Shown here: positions 27,094 to 36,851 of the stretch, one piece after another | Numbering within the stretch: position 1 is the first letter of the stretch | Layout: every line of letters begins with the position of its first letter | DNA from: Candidatus Eremiobacteria bacterium | Lineage (GTDB): Bacteria > Vulcanimicrobiota > Vulcanimicrobiia > Vulcanimicrobiales > Vulcanimicrobiaceae | DNA length: 64,000 nucleotides | Direction: 5' to 3' | NCBI GenBank assembly: GCA_963758295.1 | Contig: CAVWUU010000003.1 | Span: 224,001 to 288,000 of the forward strand | Notes under the pieces: generated by a model | Databases searched by the model: none | What the model was told of the DNA's origin: nothing | Seen by the model: the letters and a program-made list of their open reading frames with translations, nothing else | Program-made: the position numbers and the translations under genes

Positions 27094-27959
27094 ATCAGCG
27101 TGAGGGCTATCGATTCGGTCTGAGCGAGTTCACGACGTGGCCTTGGTCATTCGAGCACGATTTAGAACGCTATGCCGCGCACGGGCTCGACACGATCGAA
27201 GTCTGTGAGTTCAAACTCAATAAGGACGATTACGGCCCGCAACTCCGGCGAATTTCCGAGGCCGGAATGCAGGTAAGCTCGGTGCAGACGGAGGTTCATT
27301 CGCTCTTTCCCGACTCGCTTGCGCCCACGCCGCTCGATCCGGCCGACCGGCTGCATCACATCATGCATGCTATGGAACGGATAGCGCCGCACGTACCGGA
27401 AGCAACGCCGTTCGTTCTAATTACGGGCGCAGCGCCGCGTGGAGATTGCGAACACGTTTGCGAGTACGCCGTGGAGGCTTTCTCGCGGCTTGCGTACTTT
27501 GCGGCGTCGTTGAAAATGCGCGTAGCGTTCGAACCGCTCAATCCCATTCTTTTTAACACCGACACGGCGCTGTGGGGACTCGATCGAGCACTGGAGCTTA
27601 TCGGACGGGTCAATCATCCTTCGCTCGGCCTGTGCGTTGACACGTGGAACATCTTTGAGACGCAAGATGTGGAAAGCGTCATCGGCACGTGCGGTGAGAA
27701 GATCTTTCTCGTTCAAGTGAGCGACTGGCGCCGGCCGCGGAGCAACGCGGACCGCCGTTCACTTGGCGAGGGCGAGATTCCGACCGTCTCGCTGTTAAGC
27801 GCGATTCGCCGAGCGGGCTATGTCGGGCCGTACGTACTCGAGATCTTTTCGTCGGAATTCTTGCCGGACTCACTGTGGAAGGCCGACATGGACGCGGTGA
27901 TCGATCACAACATCGTGGAGTTCGACCGGATGTGGGAAGAGAGCGAGATTCCCGCGTGA
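27090..27959 (+). CDS. Sugar phosphate isomerase/epimerase (xylose isomerase-like TIM barrel)
   Basis: AFEPLN, CVDTWN, VQVSD, GEGEIP, LEIFS. Confidence 0.8.
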   Translation: MNQREGYRFGLSEFTTWPWSFEHDLERYAAHGLDTIEVCEFKLNKDDYGPQLRRISEAGMQVSSVQTEVHSLFPDSLAPTPLDPADRLHHIMHAMERIAPHVPEATPFVLITGAAPRGDCEHVCEYAVEAFSRLAYFAASLKMRVAFEPLNPILFNTDTALWGLDRALELIGRVNHPSLGLCVDTWNIFETQDVESVIGTCGEKIFLVQVSDWRRPRSNADRRSLGEGEIPTVSLLSAIRRAGYVGPYVLEIFSSEFLPDSLWKADMDAVIDHNIVEFDRMWEESEIPA

Positions 27960-28630
27960 AGATTCCAACGAAGATTTACGATTTGAGCCAGCCGGTCTTC
28001 AGTAATTGCCCGCAGTATCCGGACACCACGCCGCGTCCGGTCGAAGTCCGTTGGATGTACATTCACGGGGTTGAGCCGGTCAACAAAGAAATCGTGGAAA
28101 TGAGCACGCACACCGGCACGCACTGCGATGCGCCGTTTCATTTCTTCGCCGATGGAACGCCGATCGATGCAGTGCCGCTGGAGAATTACGTCGGACGCGC
28201 GGTGACGATCGACGTTCGTGGCAAACAGCCTGGTTCATCGATCGATCGCTCCGACGTGGAGCCGCACTTGGATCGCGTCGCGGAAGGCGACGTCGTGTTG
28301 CTCAATACCGGCTGGGGGCATAAGCGCGCTAACACCAAGGAGTTCCTAACTCAATACGTCTGGTGCAGCGGTGAAGCCGCAGAAGCGATCGTGCGGCGCG
28401 GCGCAAAAGGCGTGGGGATCGACGCGGTCAGTTTCGGCGGATACAACGATCCGGCAAAAGCCGGCCCGGCACATCGAGCGGTGCTTGGCGCCGGAAAATT
28501 CGTCATCGAGGAACTGTTCTTTCCCGACGAGATCATGGACGGCAAAGAACGATTGTTCGTGTGCGCGCCCGTGAAGCTGCAAGCTTGTAGCGGCGCCTGG
28601 ACGCGTGCCGCCTTGTGGGAATTCCAATGA
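27956..28630 (+). CDS. Cyclase family metallohydrolase (KynB-like)
   Basis: HTGTHCDAPFHF, LLNTGW, VGIDAVS, H..L, IEEL; GTG start overlapping the upstream stop. Confidence 0.88.
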   Translation: MKIPTKIYDLSQPVFSNCPQYPDTTPRPVEVRWMYIHGVEPVNKEIVEMSTHTGTHCDAPFHFFADGTPIDAVPLENYVGRAVTIDVRGKQPGSSIDRSDVEPHLDRVAEGDVVLLNTGWGHKRANTKEFLTQYVWCSGEAAEAIVRRGAKGVGIDAVSFGGYNDPAKAGPAHRAVLGAGKFVIEELFFPDEIMDGKERLFVCAPVKLQACSGAWTRAALWEFQ

Positions 28631-29629
28631 GTGCGGCGGGCCGCGGGTTGCGGGAGCGGATCGGTCGAGACGATCAACTCGGGGGCATCATGCCGTTGCG
28701 CTTGGAGAACGGCGTACGGGCGGCGCGCATTCAGACGCTTGGGGGAATCGACGCACTGGTGATTCTCGATCGCGCGATGGATATCGCCCACTGCTCGTTT
28801 CTCGGCGTACCGCTCGTATGGCACGGTGCCGGCGGCATCCTGCCCGCTCATCCCGGAACGCTATCCGAAGACGAATTCCAACGCCGCTTTTTCGGCGGCC
28901 TCTTAACCACGTGCGGCCTCGAAGCCTTTGGGCCGGCTGGAAGCGACGAGTTCGGAACGTGGGGCCCGCACGGACACGTAAACCATATCGCCGCCGAAGA
29001 AATAACGACTCGCGACGATTTTGGACGCGCCGGAACCGTTCCTCGAATTGGCCGGCGTCGTAACGCAAGCGCGCATGTTTGGCGAATCGTTACGGCTCGA
29101 GCGGACGTGGCGAGCGCCGCTTACGGGAAACACGCTGTCGCTGCATGACGTCGTGATCAATGAAGGAGCGACCGCCGTGCCGCACATGCTGCTCTATCAT
29201 TGCAATGCCGGTTATCCATTAGTCGACGAAAGTGCTGAAGTGTTCGTGTCGCAATCGTCGATGCGAGCTCGCGATGCAGAAGCGCAAGCGGGCCTGCCGG
29301 ATTGGAACCGCGGCGCGCCTCCGGCATCCGGTTTTAAGGAGCAAGTCTACATTCATGCGCCGATTGCCGAGGCCGGCGGATGGGCTGCGGCCGGCATTGG
29401 TAATGCTTCGCTTCAACGCGGTTTTACGGTGCAATTTCGGCCCGAGGAGCTGCCCGCATGTTTCTCTTGGCGAATGCTGGCACCGCGTATTTACGTGCTC
29501 GCCGTTGAGCCCGCAAACTGCCCGACGATTCAAGGACGCATCGCCGCGCGCACTGCCGGAACGCTGCCGATGCTTCAGCCCGGCGAATCCGTCGAATACC
29601 ATCTGCGCTTTTTATTCGCATCATCGTAA
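28627..29629 (+). CDS. DUF4432/aldose 1-epimerase-like protein, split by one frameshift near 29020
   Basis: N-part DRAMDI..FFGGLLTTCGL..HG in one frame; C-part LLYHCNAGYP..VLAVEPAN in another; junction at GATTTTGGAC. Confidence 0.75.
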
Positions 29630-29671
29630 GCTTTTCGGCGCATCCAAGCTTTGACGGCCATGACGGAATAG

Positions 29672-30907
29672 CTATTCGGAAGCGGTGAAGGAGATGTCGC
29701 GGCGTTCTTCGCGGACGAAGAAGCCGAGGAGCGTCATGATGATGACGCCGGCGAAAACGAACTCCATGAACGTGGACATTGCGCGAGCATAGTCGGCGGC
29801 GCCGTTCGCCATCGCGAAACGGCCGGCGGCGAGCGCCGCGATAATTTGCAGGGTGCCGGATGCGATGAGGTTGCCGAGCTGATAAACGAAGCCGGGGAAC
29901 GTTCCCCGTGCAAGTGGCGGGGCAATTTCGTTGAGGTGCGCGGGGATAATGCCCCATGCGCCTTGCACCATGAATTGCATCACGAAACCGCCGAGCGCCA
30001 GCGTCGAAATCGTGCTGCTGAATGCCCAGAGCGGAATCACCACTAAGCCCAAGACCGCGCATGCGATGATGCAAATGCGGCGGCCGAGGCGTTGCGATAG
30101 CCAACCGAAGAAGATGCCGCCCGCAATCGCACCGATCGAGGCGATGGTATTGATGTAGCCCACGGTTGCCGGCGTAAAGCCATGTTGCTTCGTAAGGAAC
30201 GTGGCGTAAGGGTCTTGCGTTCCGTGCGACATGAAGTTGAACGCGGCCATGAAGAACATGCCGTAGAGAAACAGCGGCAAGTATCGCTTGAGCGACGCGA
30301 GCAGGACATCGCCCTGCATTCCGAGGCGCTCGCTCGCATGCGCTTGCCACGCGGGCGATTCCGGGACGCTCGTGCGGATGAAGAAAATGAGAAACGCGGG
30401 CAAGGCCCCGACGATGAACATGCCACGCCAACCGATTCTTTCGAATAAGAACCAAAACGCGAGGCCCGCCAAGAGATTTCCTACGGCATAACCCTCTTGC
30501 AGAATGCCCGAGAACAAGCCGCGCCGCTTCGCGGGAAGCGACTCCATGGCGAGCGCAGCGCCAAGGCCCCATTCTCCGCCCATCGCGATACCGAAGACCG
30601 CGCGCAGAACTAAAAAGACCGCGAAGTTCGGTGAAAACGCGGTCAAAAGTTCGATGAGTGAGTAGAGCGCGATATCGACCATCAGCGGAACGCGACGTCC
30701 GTAACGGTCCGCGAACCAGCCGAAAACGATCGCACCCACGGGGCGCAACGCGAGCGTCAACGTGACGGCAAACGCCACCTCCACGACCGAACGATGGAAG
30801 TCGGCCGCGAGATGCGGCACGACGACGATGACTAAGAAGAAATCAAACGCATCGAGCGTCCACCCGAGAAAACTCGCGACGAACGTTTTCCAGGCGGACG
30901 CCGTCAT
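29672..30907 (-). CDS. MFS transporter (sialate:H+ symporter / Jen1-like carboxylate transporter)
   Basis: GWTLDAFDFF, ADRYGRR, MGGEWG, SHGTQD.Y.TFL, YQLGN. Confidence 0.88.
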   Translation of the reverse strand: MTASAWKTFVASFLGWTLDAFDFFLVIVVVPHLAADFHRSVVEVAFAVTLTLALRPVGAIVFGWFADRYGRRVPLMVDIALYSLIELLTAFSPNFAVFLVLRAVFGIAMGGEWGLGAALAMESLPAKRRGLFSGILQEGYAVGNLLAGLAFWFLFERIGWRGMFIVGALPAFLIFFIRTSVPESPAWQAHASERLGMQGDVLLASLKRYLPLFLYGMFFMAAFNFMSHGTQDPYATFLTKQHGFTPATVGYINTIASIGAIAGGIFFGWLSQRLGRRICIIACAVLGLVVIPLWAFSSTISTLALGGFVMQFMVQGAWGIIPAHLNEIAPPLARGTFPGFVYQLGNLIASGTLQIIAALAAGRFAMANGAADYARAMSTFMEFVFAGVIIMTLLGFFVREERRDISFTASE

Positions 30908-31885
30908 TTACGGCTTGGTGCTCGGTGGGCTCGATGGTGTCGCAGCAGATGCATCCGGTGACGGTTCCGTTCCCGGCATTGCCGGATTCTCGCCCGGCAT
31001 GGCGGGATTTCCGGCCGGCAATTCGGATGCGCTCGGATTGGGTGACGGCGATGCAAGGCGGTCGCCGTACAAAACGACGAGCCACGTCTCGCCTTTCTTC
31101 ACCGCCAGCTTCGGCGCGTTGAACGTGAAGCTTAGGGTCTGATCGAGAAGCTGCGATTCCTTGTACGAACCAACGAAGTTGTCGGCCGGCTTTTTGTTCT
31201 TCTTGACCGTTTCATGGAAGAGTTGAATTGCGAATCCGCGTCCCTTGGTAATCTGCTCTTTCGGAAGCGTAAAGCGCGCGCTCGCGTTTCCTTGGAACAC
31301 TACGTTGTCGGTCGTCGTCAAACGCAATGCGACAAGCGCAACCACCGGCGGGCCCTTCGGATCCGGGTTGGCCATCGCAGGCGCGTCTTGCGGCGATACG
31401 GTGAACGCGATGTTCATCTGTGCGCTCGAAGGCGTTGGCGAAGAGGACGGTGACGCCGACGGACTTGCCGATGATTCCGGCGTCGGGGTCGGTGTGGGCG
31501 TCGGTGTTGGAGACGGGGTCGGCGTTGCCTTGTTTCCGTGCTTACCTGGCGACGGCGACGGCGTCGCATCGAGCGCCGCCAATTCGGCATCCGTCATGTT
31601 GAAATACAACGTGCACGAATAGCCCGCTTGATCCGGACACTTCAATCCCTTATTCGCTTGCGCGAACGAATGCGTTGCGGTTTGTTCCGGTTCGCCGCTT
31701 GCCTGCGGGTTAACCGTCACGTCGGCAGCGGGCGAGGGATTCATTTGACCCTGTGCCGGTCCGTTGACTGGCGGATTCATGCCGCCAGGAGCCGCCGTGC
31801 CGCCGCTTCCAAAACTTCCTTGGCAGGCTCCAAGCGCTAGACCAAAGGCAGCGACTGCGAACCCGATTCGCAGGGATGATCTCAT
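30908..31885 (-). CDS. Pro/Thr/Ser-rich lipoprotein, hypothetical
   Basis: Lipobox LGAC; (PT)n and (SP)n linkers. Confidence 0.75.
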   Translation of the reverse strand: MRSSLRIGFAVAAFGLALGACQGSFGSGGTAAPGGMNPPVNGPAQGQMNPSPAADVTVNPQASGEPEQTATHSFAQANKGLKCPDQAGYSCTLYFNMTDAELAALDATPSPSPGKHGNKATPTPSPTPTPTPTPTPESSASPSASPSSSPTPSSAQMNIAFTVSPQDAPAMANPDPKGPPVVALVALRLTTTDNVVFQGNASARFTLPKEQITKGRGFAIQLFHETVKKNKKPADNFVGSYKESQLLDQTLSFTFNAPKLAVKKGETWLVVLYGDRLASPSPNPSASELPAGNPAMPGENPAMPGTEPSPDASAATPSSPPSTKP

Positions 31886-33615
31886 TGTTTCGCAGCGACC
31901 TTTCGTTCGAGTTCTTCAGCGAATGTGGCAACGCTGACGGTGCGCTTTTCTTCCGTGCCGCGCTCGTTTACGTTGACGGTGCCGTCGGCCGCTTCTTGTT
32001 TACCGACGACGAGAATGTACGGAATTTTCTGCGTCTTCCAGTGGCGGATCTTATATCCGAGCTTTTCATTGCTTTCATCCACGTGTACGCGGAAGTTCAT
32101 ACCCTCGAGCTTAGCGGCAACCTCGCGCGCGTACTCGAGTTGATGTTCCGAAATCGGGGCAAGGACCGCTTGCACGGGTGCAAGCCATGCCGGGAAGTTG
32201 CCGCCGTAGTGCTCTACGAGAATGGCGAAGAAGCGTTCCATGGAGCCGGCCAGCGCGCGGTGAATCATCACCGGCGTGTGATCCACGCCGTCGCTGCCGC
32301 GATACTTCAAGTCGAAACGTTGCGGAAGAATGAAGTCGACCTGCACGGTGCCGAGCTGCCATTTTCGGCCGATTGCGTCGCGCACGTTGATGTCGAGCTT
32401 CGGACCGTAGAATGCGCCGCCGCCCGCGTCGATTGAGAACGGCAAATTGTACTTCTCGAGCGCTTTGCGAATCGCATCTTCCGCAATGGGATCCGTATCG
32501 GTACGCAGATGCGGTTCGCGCGTCGAAAGAAAATACTCGAACTCTTCGAAGCCGAAGGCGTTCATTAGGCGCAGCGCTTCGTCGAGCGTTTGCTCGAATT
32601 CAGCTTGCAGCTGATCGGGGGTGCAAAATAAATGCGCATCGTCTTGCGTAAAGCCGCGCACGCGCGTAAGCCCATGCAATACGCCGGAACGTTCGAACCG
32701 GTACACCGTGCCGAATTCGCTAAAGCGAATGGGAAGTTCGCGGTAACTATGGAGGCGGCTGCGATAAATGAGAATGTGGCCGGGGCAGTTCATCGGCTTG
32801 AGCCGGAAGCGCTGTTCCTCGACTTCAAGCGGGCCGAACATGCCGTGCGCATAATTTTCTAGGTGGCCGGAAATTTCGTAGAGCTTTTCGCTGACGACGT
32901 GCGGCGTTACAACGGGTTGATATCCGCGCTCGCGCAGGCCTTCGCGAATGAACTCCTCGACGATGCCGCGGACGATCGCGCCCTTCGGATGCCAGAACAC
33001 GAGTCCGCCGCCCGCATCTTCCTCGATGGAGAACAGATCGAGCTCCACGCCGAGCTTGCGATGATCCCGCTTGAGCGCTTCTTCGATTTGCAGCAAATAC
33101 GCATCCAGTTCGGGTTGCGTGTACCACGCCGTCCCATAGATGCGTTGCAGCATCGCGTTGTGCTCGTCGCCGCGCCAGTAGGCGCCCGCAACGTTCATCA
33201 GCTTGACCGCGCCGATCTCGCCCGTGGTATGCGCATGCCCGCCGCGGCAAAGGTCGGTGAAGTCGCCGATCGTGTAGAGCGTAATCGGCTCGCCCTCGGG
33301 AATGTCGCGGGCGAGTTCTTCCTTATAAGGATTGCCTTTGAAGCGCTCGATAGCCTCGGTTCGCGTCACTTGCCGGCCGGTCATTTCATAGTTCGCCTTG
33401 ACGATTTCGTTCATGCGCTTCTCGAGGCGCTCTAGATCCTCGGGCGTGAACGGTTCGCCGCGGTCAAAGTCGTAATAGAATCCGTTTTCAATGGAGGGGC
33501 CGATGGTTGGTTTGGCCTCCGGGAAAAGATCCTGAACGGCATAGGCTAGGACGTGGGCCGCCGTGTGCCTCAGCTCTGCGAGCGAGGTTTCGTGGACGTG
33601 CGTGGCTTCGGGCAT
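31882..33615 (-). CDS. thrS: Threonine--tRNA ligase (lacking the N-terminal TGS domain)
   Basis: RHTAAH, DLCRGGH, RDHRKLG, KPMNCPGH, RVRGFTQDDAH, FYGPK, MIHRA. Confidence 0.97.
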   Translation of the reverse strand: MPEATHVHETSLAELRHTAAHVLAYAVQDLFPEAKPTIGPSIENGFYYDFDRGEPFTPEDLERLEKRMNEIVKANYEMTGRQVTRTEAIERFKGNPYKEELARDIPEGEPITLYTIGDFTDLCRGGHAHTTGEIGAVKLMNVAGAYWRGDEHNAMLQRIYGTAWYTQPELDAYLLQIEEALKRDHRKLGVELDLFSIEEDAGGGLVFWHPKGAIVRGIVEEFIREGLRERGYQPVVTPHVVSEKLYEISGHLENYAHGMFGPLEVEEQRFRLKPMNCPGHILIYRSRLHSYRELPIRFSEFGTVYRFERSGVLHGLTRVRGFTQDDAHLFCTPDQLQAEFEQTLDEALRLMNAFGFEEFEYFLSTREPHLRTDTDPIAEDAIRKALEKYNLPFSIDAGGGAFYGPKLDINVRDAIGRKWQLGTVQVDFILPQRFDLKYRGSDGVDHTPVMIHRALAGSMERFFAILVEHYGGNFPAWLAPVQAVLAPISEHQLEYAREVAAKLEGMNFRVHVDESNEKLGYKIRHWKTQKIPYILVVGKQEAADGTVNVNERGTEEKRTVSVATFAEELERKVAAKQ

Positions 33616-33663
33616 ACCGGAGGCCGTTTCGGCGATTGGTGTCGGCTTGGCCTGCGCGAAGCG

Positions 33664-35365
33664 TTAAGGGCTGCTTAACAGCGGATCGAAGCCGGGCGGC
33701 GGCGACGCTTCACCCGGAATCGGCACCGGCGTGACGCCGATATCCGAACAACCGATGGAGGGCGGGGAGGACGGCTTGTCAATCAGCGCAGCGGTCTTTG
33801 AGATGGGAAGTTTTGTGCCGCTCAGGCGTTCCACGTCGAGAGCGCTTGTAAGGTCGGCGATCCGCGGGTCTAAATCTCGCGGACCTTCGGGAAGATAGCG
33901 CGCCTCATCAGGCAGTGATGCTAGCGCCGGCAGATTGAAAACGCGGCCGAGCAATTTTGCAAAAGACGTATGGTCTGCTGCTTGCGACACGACTGCATGA
34001 TCCTTCGCGAACGGCGAAATGACGATCGCCGGAACGCGAGGACCGTCGCCGCAAGGATGACCGTCAGGACACTCTTCGAAAATGGGCGGCGAAACGTGGT
34101 CGTAGAAGCCTTCGGAATCGTCCCAAGTAATCAGAATAAGTGAGTCGTCCCAGTATTTGCTCTTTGCGATGGCGTTAACGAGCGTCGCAACATAGGCTTC
34201 CGAAACTTGCGAGTCCGAGTAGCCGGGGTGATCGTCGTCTCCGGCAAACGTCTTTTGAATTTGCGGATCGCGATTTGCCGGCTTCAAAACCGAACGGATC
34301 CTGGTATCCGCCCTTAGCAAAAATCACACCACGATCGCCAAGTGCGCCATTTGTTATCGCGGGAAGCAGCTCGGTTATATCGTGAACGCCGGACCAAAAA
34401 TAGTTATTATTGCGCAGATATCCGAAGTATTGCAGCGCGTTGTGATGCGTTACATAGGCGTTGTCGGGCGCGCCGTCCTTGAAGCCTTCCTGATACCAAC
34501 CCCAGGGAACGGCCGGCTGACCCATTTTTGCGAGCGTCGAAACATCGTCTTTCACGTCGTCGTTATCGGCAACGGCGTTTGTGGCTTGTTGGCCGGAGAG
34601 CGTTAGGAAAAGGGTCGCGAAAGTTAGATCGTCTTGCACGCGGGCGGCAGCGGGCGGCGCGCCCGGATAGGGGCCGAAGTGCGGATACAGGTCGTTAATT
34701 ACCGGTACGCCCGCGACGTTGTCCGATGACGGTTCAGCCTCTTGCGGGTGGCGCTTCCATTGCGTTTGCCCGGTTTGCGCTGCGATCAAATCAATGTTTC
34801 CCGGTGTCGACGGCGAGTACATCGCCTGAAAGAAATGGTCGAAAAGCGCAAATTCGTGCGCGTACTTCCACAGGTACGGGATCGTCTCGCAATCTTCATG
34901 GGACATGGTAAGAAGTCCGAGCCGCTGCGCGTTTGCCGGCGTAATCCCGCGTTGGAGCGCCGTTGCTTCCTCGTTTTCGATGAACTGATCCATCCGGCCG
35001 CCATCCGCTTTAGCGATTAGCGAGGGCCGCGCGTGGTTGGCATCGGCGGTATCGCTTGCCGCGATCCGGAACGGCGTGACCCATTGTTTGCCAATGCGAT
35101 CGAACTGCTTGAACCCGTTGGTCTGAGCAAGTGGCGAGGCGAGATTCTCGGCCCCAGGGAATGAGCCGAAGTAGGAATCGAACGAACGATTCTCTTGATA
35201 GATGACAAAAACGTGCTTTATGCGCTTCTGAATAAGCGCGACGAGCGCTGCATCGGCTTGCGGAACGTTCGCCGGTGCCGCCGACGGCGCCACGTCAGCG
35301 AGCAAGGGCTGCGAATTCGACATTACCATAAGCGCGCATAAGATTGAAGCGGCGGTGCGTTTCAT
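33664..35365 (-). CDS. Secreted phosphoesterase / phospholipase C family protein, split by one frameshift near 34290
   Basis: Signal peptide; IKHVFVIYQENRSFDSYFG; STPGNI; C-part in another frame with DDHPG, TWDDSEGFYDHV, GPRVPAIVISPF, DHTS. Confidence 0.8.
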
Positions 35366-35494
35366 TCAAGAGTCTCCTCCGCAAGAGCTTTTTCGAGATC
35401 GGCATTCTGGCGCAGACTGCCAATGCCATGCTGCCGTAAGCGTTAACAAGCATTAAGGCGAACCCGAAACGGAAGCACCGTCGATTCCGCCGAA

Positions 35495-36029
35495 ATGGCG
35501 CGCACGATTCGGCTTGTTGCGGTGCTTCTGGTTATGCTTTGTGCGACGTATGCGCACGTCGATGCGGCGGTAAAGCCGGTTTTTTCGGTCGTGTTGACGC
35601 GTCATGGTGTACGCCATGGCGCTCATCGTTGGCCACGACGGAAATATTGCCAACCTTGCCGGTATTCTGGGCGCTCATTGGCGCTTGAGCGATGGATACG
35701 TCCCGAACGACGCCCCGCCCGGCGGCGCGCTTGTCTTCGACTTATTGCGCGCCGGTGATAATTCGCTGCAAGTTCGGTTGCGGTTCGTGTACCAGACGCT
35801 CGCGCAGTTACGCAGCAACGTGCAATTGCAAGATGGAACCGCAAGCGCGCCCGTCTATTTCGACGGATGCGGCGGCATCGATTGCACGATGAGGCTGTCG
35901 GATTTTGCGGCTATCGCCGCGCGCTTGGAGTCAAGTGGCCTCGTTCGGCCGCAGTGGACCGGCTCGTCGAGCGAACCGGTCGAACTGCCGCCGCTTGCGG
36001 ATCCGGCGTGGTCGCATTGTGACCCCTAG
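35495..36029 (+). pseudogene. Histidine acid phosphatase (AppA/Agp-like) remnant with a large internal deletion
   Basis: Signal peptide and VLTRHGVR joined out of frame, near 35613, to LIVGHDGNIANL..PPGGALVF..Q..LR, the C-terminal HD region. Confidence 0.75.
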
Positions 36030-36163
36030 TGCGGAATTGCCGGACGCCCTACCGCGATCGGTTGATCGAACGGCGCAAGCGTCGACGCTGATTTCCTATC
36101 TAGGCATGCGACGACTGCGAGTAATAGAAAACCTCGATCCAAAAAGATCGAGGCTCTTGTAAA

Positions 36164-36238
36164 TGGTGTGCGTGGTAGGGATTGAACCTACGACCCCCAC
36201 CGTGTCAAGGTGGTGCTCTCCCACTGAGCTACACGCAC
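36164..36238 (-). tRNA. tRNA-Val(GAC)
   Basis: Cloverleaf GTGCGTG..TAGCTCAG..CCACC-TTGACAC-GGTGG..GGTTCAATCCC..CACGCAC-A-CCA. Confidence 0.96.
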
Positions 36239-36260
36239 TCGCGTCCGGGACAACCCCCGG

Positions 36261-36289
36261 AGTATAGCAGAGCGCTCCGAGGCCGTCAA
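36261..36289 (-). promoter_or_regulatory. Sigma70 promoter for tRNA-Val(GAC)
   Basis: TTGACG-N17-TATACT with TG extended -10. Confidence 0.75.
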
Positions 36290-36309
36290 AGGGTACTCTG
36301 TGCGCGCGT

Positions 36310-36339
36310 TTGACACCTTCATTACACGCGTGCTACTGT
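36310..36339 (+). promoter_or_regulatory. Sigma70 promoter divergent from tRNA-Val
   Basis: TTGACA-N18-TACTGT with TGn extended -10. Confidence 0.6.
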
Positions 36340-36384
36340 TGTCGGACGTTTCAACTCCGCCGCCCATTTGAGAAAGGAGACACG

Positions 36385-36483
36385 ATGAATCCGAATACAC
36401 TTTGGTCGCAAACCACGCGCATCGCGTCACCTTCGCGCGGGGCCATCGCCGTACGAGTTCTTTGCACTAGCGGGCCGGCTTAG
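36385..36483 (+). CDS. 32-aa uORF / candidate leader peptide (MNPNTLWSQTTRIASPSRGAIAVRVLCTSGPA)
   Basis: Strong AAAGGAG RBS; followed 25 nt later by an intrinsic terminator. Confidence 0.55.
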   Translation: MNPNTLWSQTTRIASPSRGAIAVRVLCTSGPA

Positions 36484-36508
36484 CGCCGTCGCTTCCCCGC
36501 TTCTGTTG

Positions 36509-36548
36509 AAGGCCTCCGGCGATTTCGCCGGGGGTCTTGTTCTTTTTT
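36509..36548 (+). terminator. Intrinsic terminator or attenuator
   Basis: AAGGCCTCCGGCG-ATTT-CGCCGGGGGTCTT followed by GTTCTTTTTT. Confidence 0.8.
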
Positions 36549-36584
36549 GACTCATTTCAACTCGAGACTGTATACGAGGCAATC

Positions 36585-36782
36585 GTGGACTTTTGGTACG
36601 AATCCGAAATCCGCGCGCGTCAAGACGAGGTACATGCATCCGCCGATCGCAGCCGCTTAGCGCGGCTCGCGGAAGACGGTCGAAGTACCGGCGTGCGCAT
36701 GCACTTAGCAAACGTCGCGCAAATGTTGAGCGAGCGGCTGGCCGAGCTCGCAGCGGTATTGCGCGGGACCCAGAATGTGTAA
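36585..36782 (+). CDS. Small helical hypothetical protein (65 aa)
   Basis: GAGG RBS and GTG start; DFWYESEIRARQDEVHASADRSRLARLA. Confidence 0.6.
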   Translation: MDFWYESEIRARQDEVHASADRSRLARLAEDGRSTGVRMHLANVAQMLSERLAELAAVLRGTQNV

Positions 36783-36851
36783 CATTCGAACCGCAAGGAG
36801 CCGGGTGCATGAGCGGCAAGCACCCGGCGACGCGCGGTCGAAGGCCGTTCG

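Noticed and set aside
31430..31570. Short tandem repeats (also at 3255-3320) as a possible CRISPR or VNTR
   Set aside because: They are degenerate codon repeats encoding Pro-Thr/Ser and poly-Thr linkers; there are no spacers and no cas genes.
31882..33615. ThrRS lacking the TGS domain as a novelty
   Set aside because: Loss of the N1/TGS domain is known in several bacterial lineages; the editing and catalytic motifs are intact.
29010..34300. Programmed frameshifting in the DUF4432 gene (near 29020) and the phosphoesterase gene (near 34290)
   Set aside because: Single indels at short homopolymers with no slippery heptamer or stimulatory structure seen; sequencing error is more likely.
33616..36163. 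Phosphatase pair as an island integrated at tRNA-Val(GAC)
   Set aside because: No duplicated tRNA 3' end near thrS and no mobility gene.
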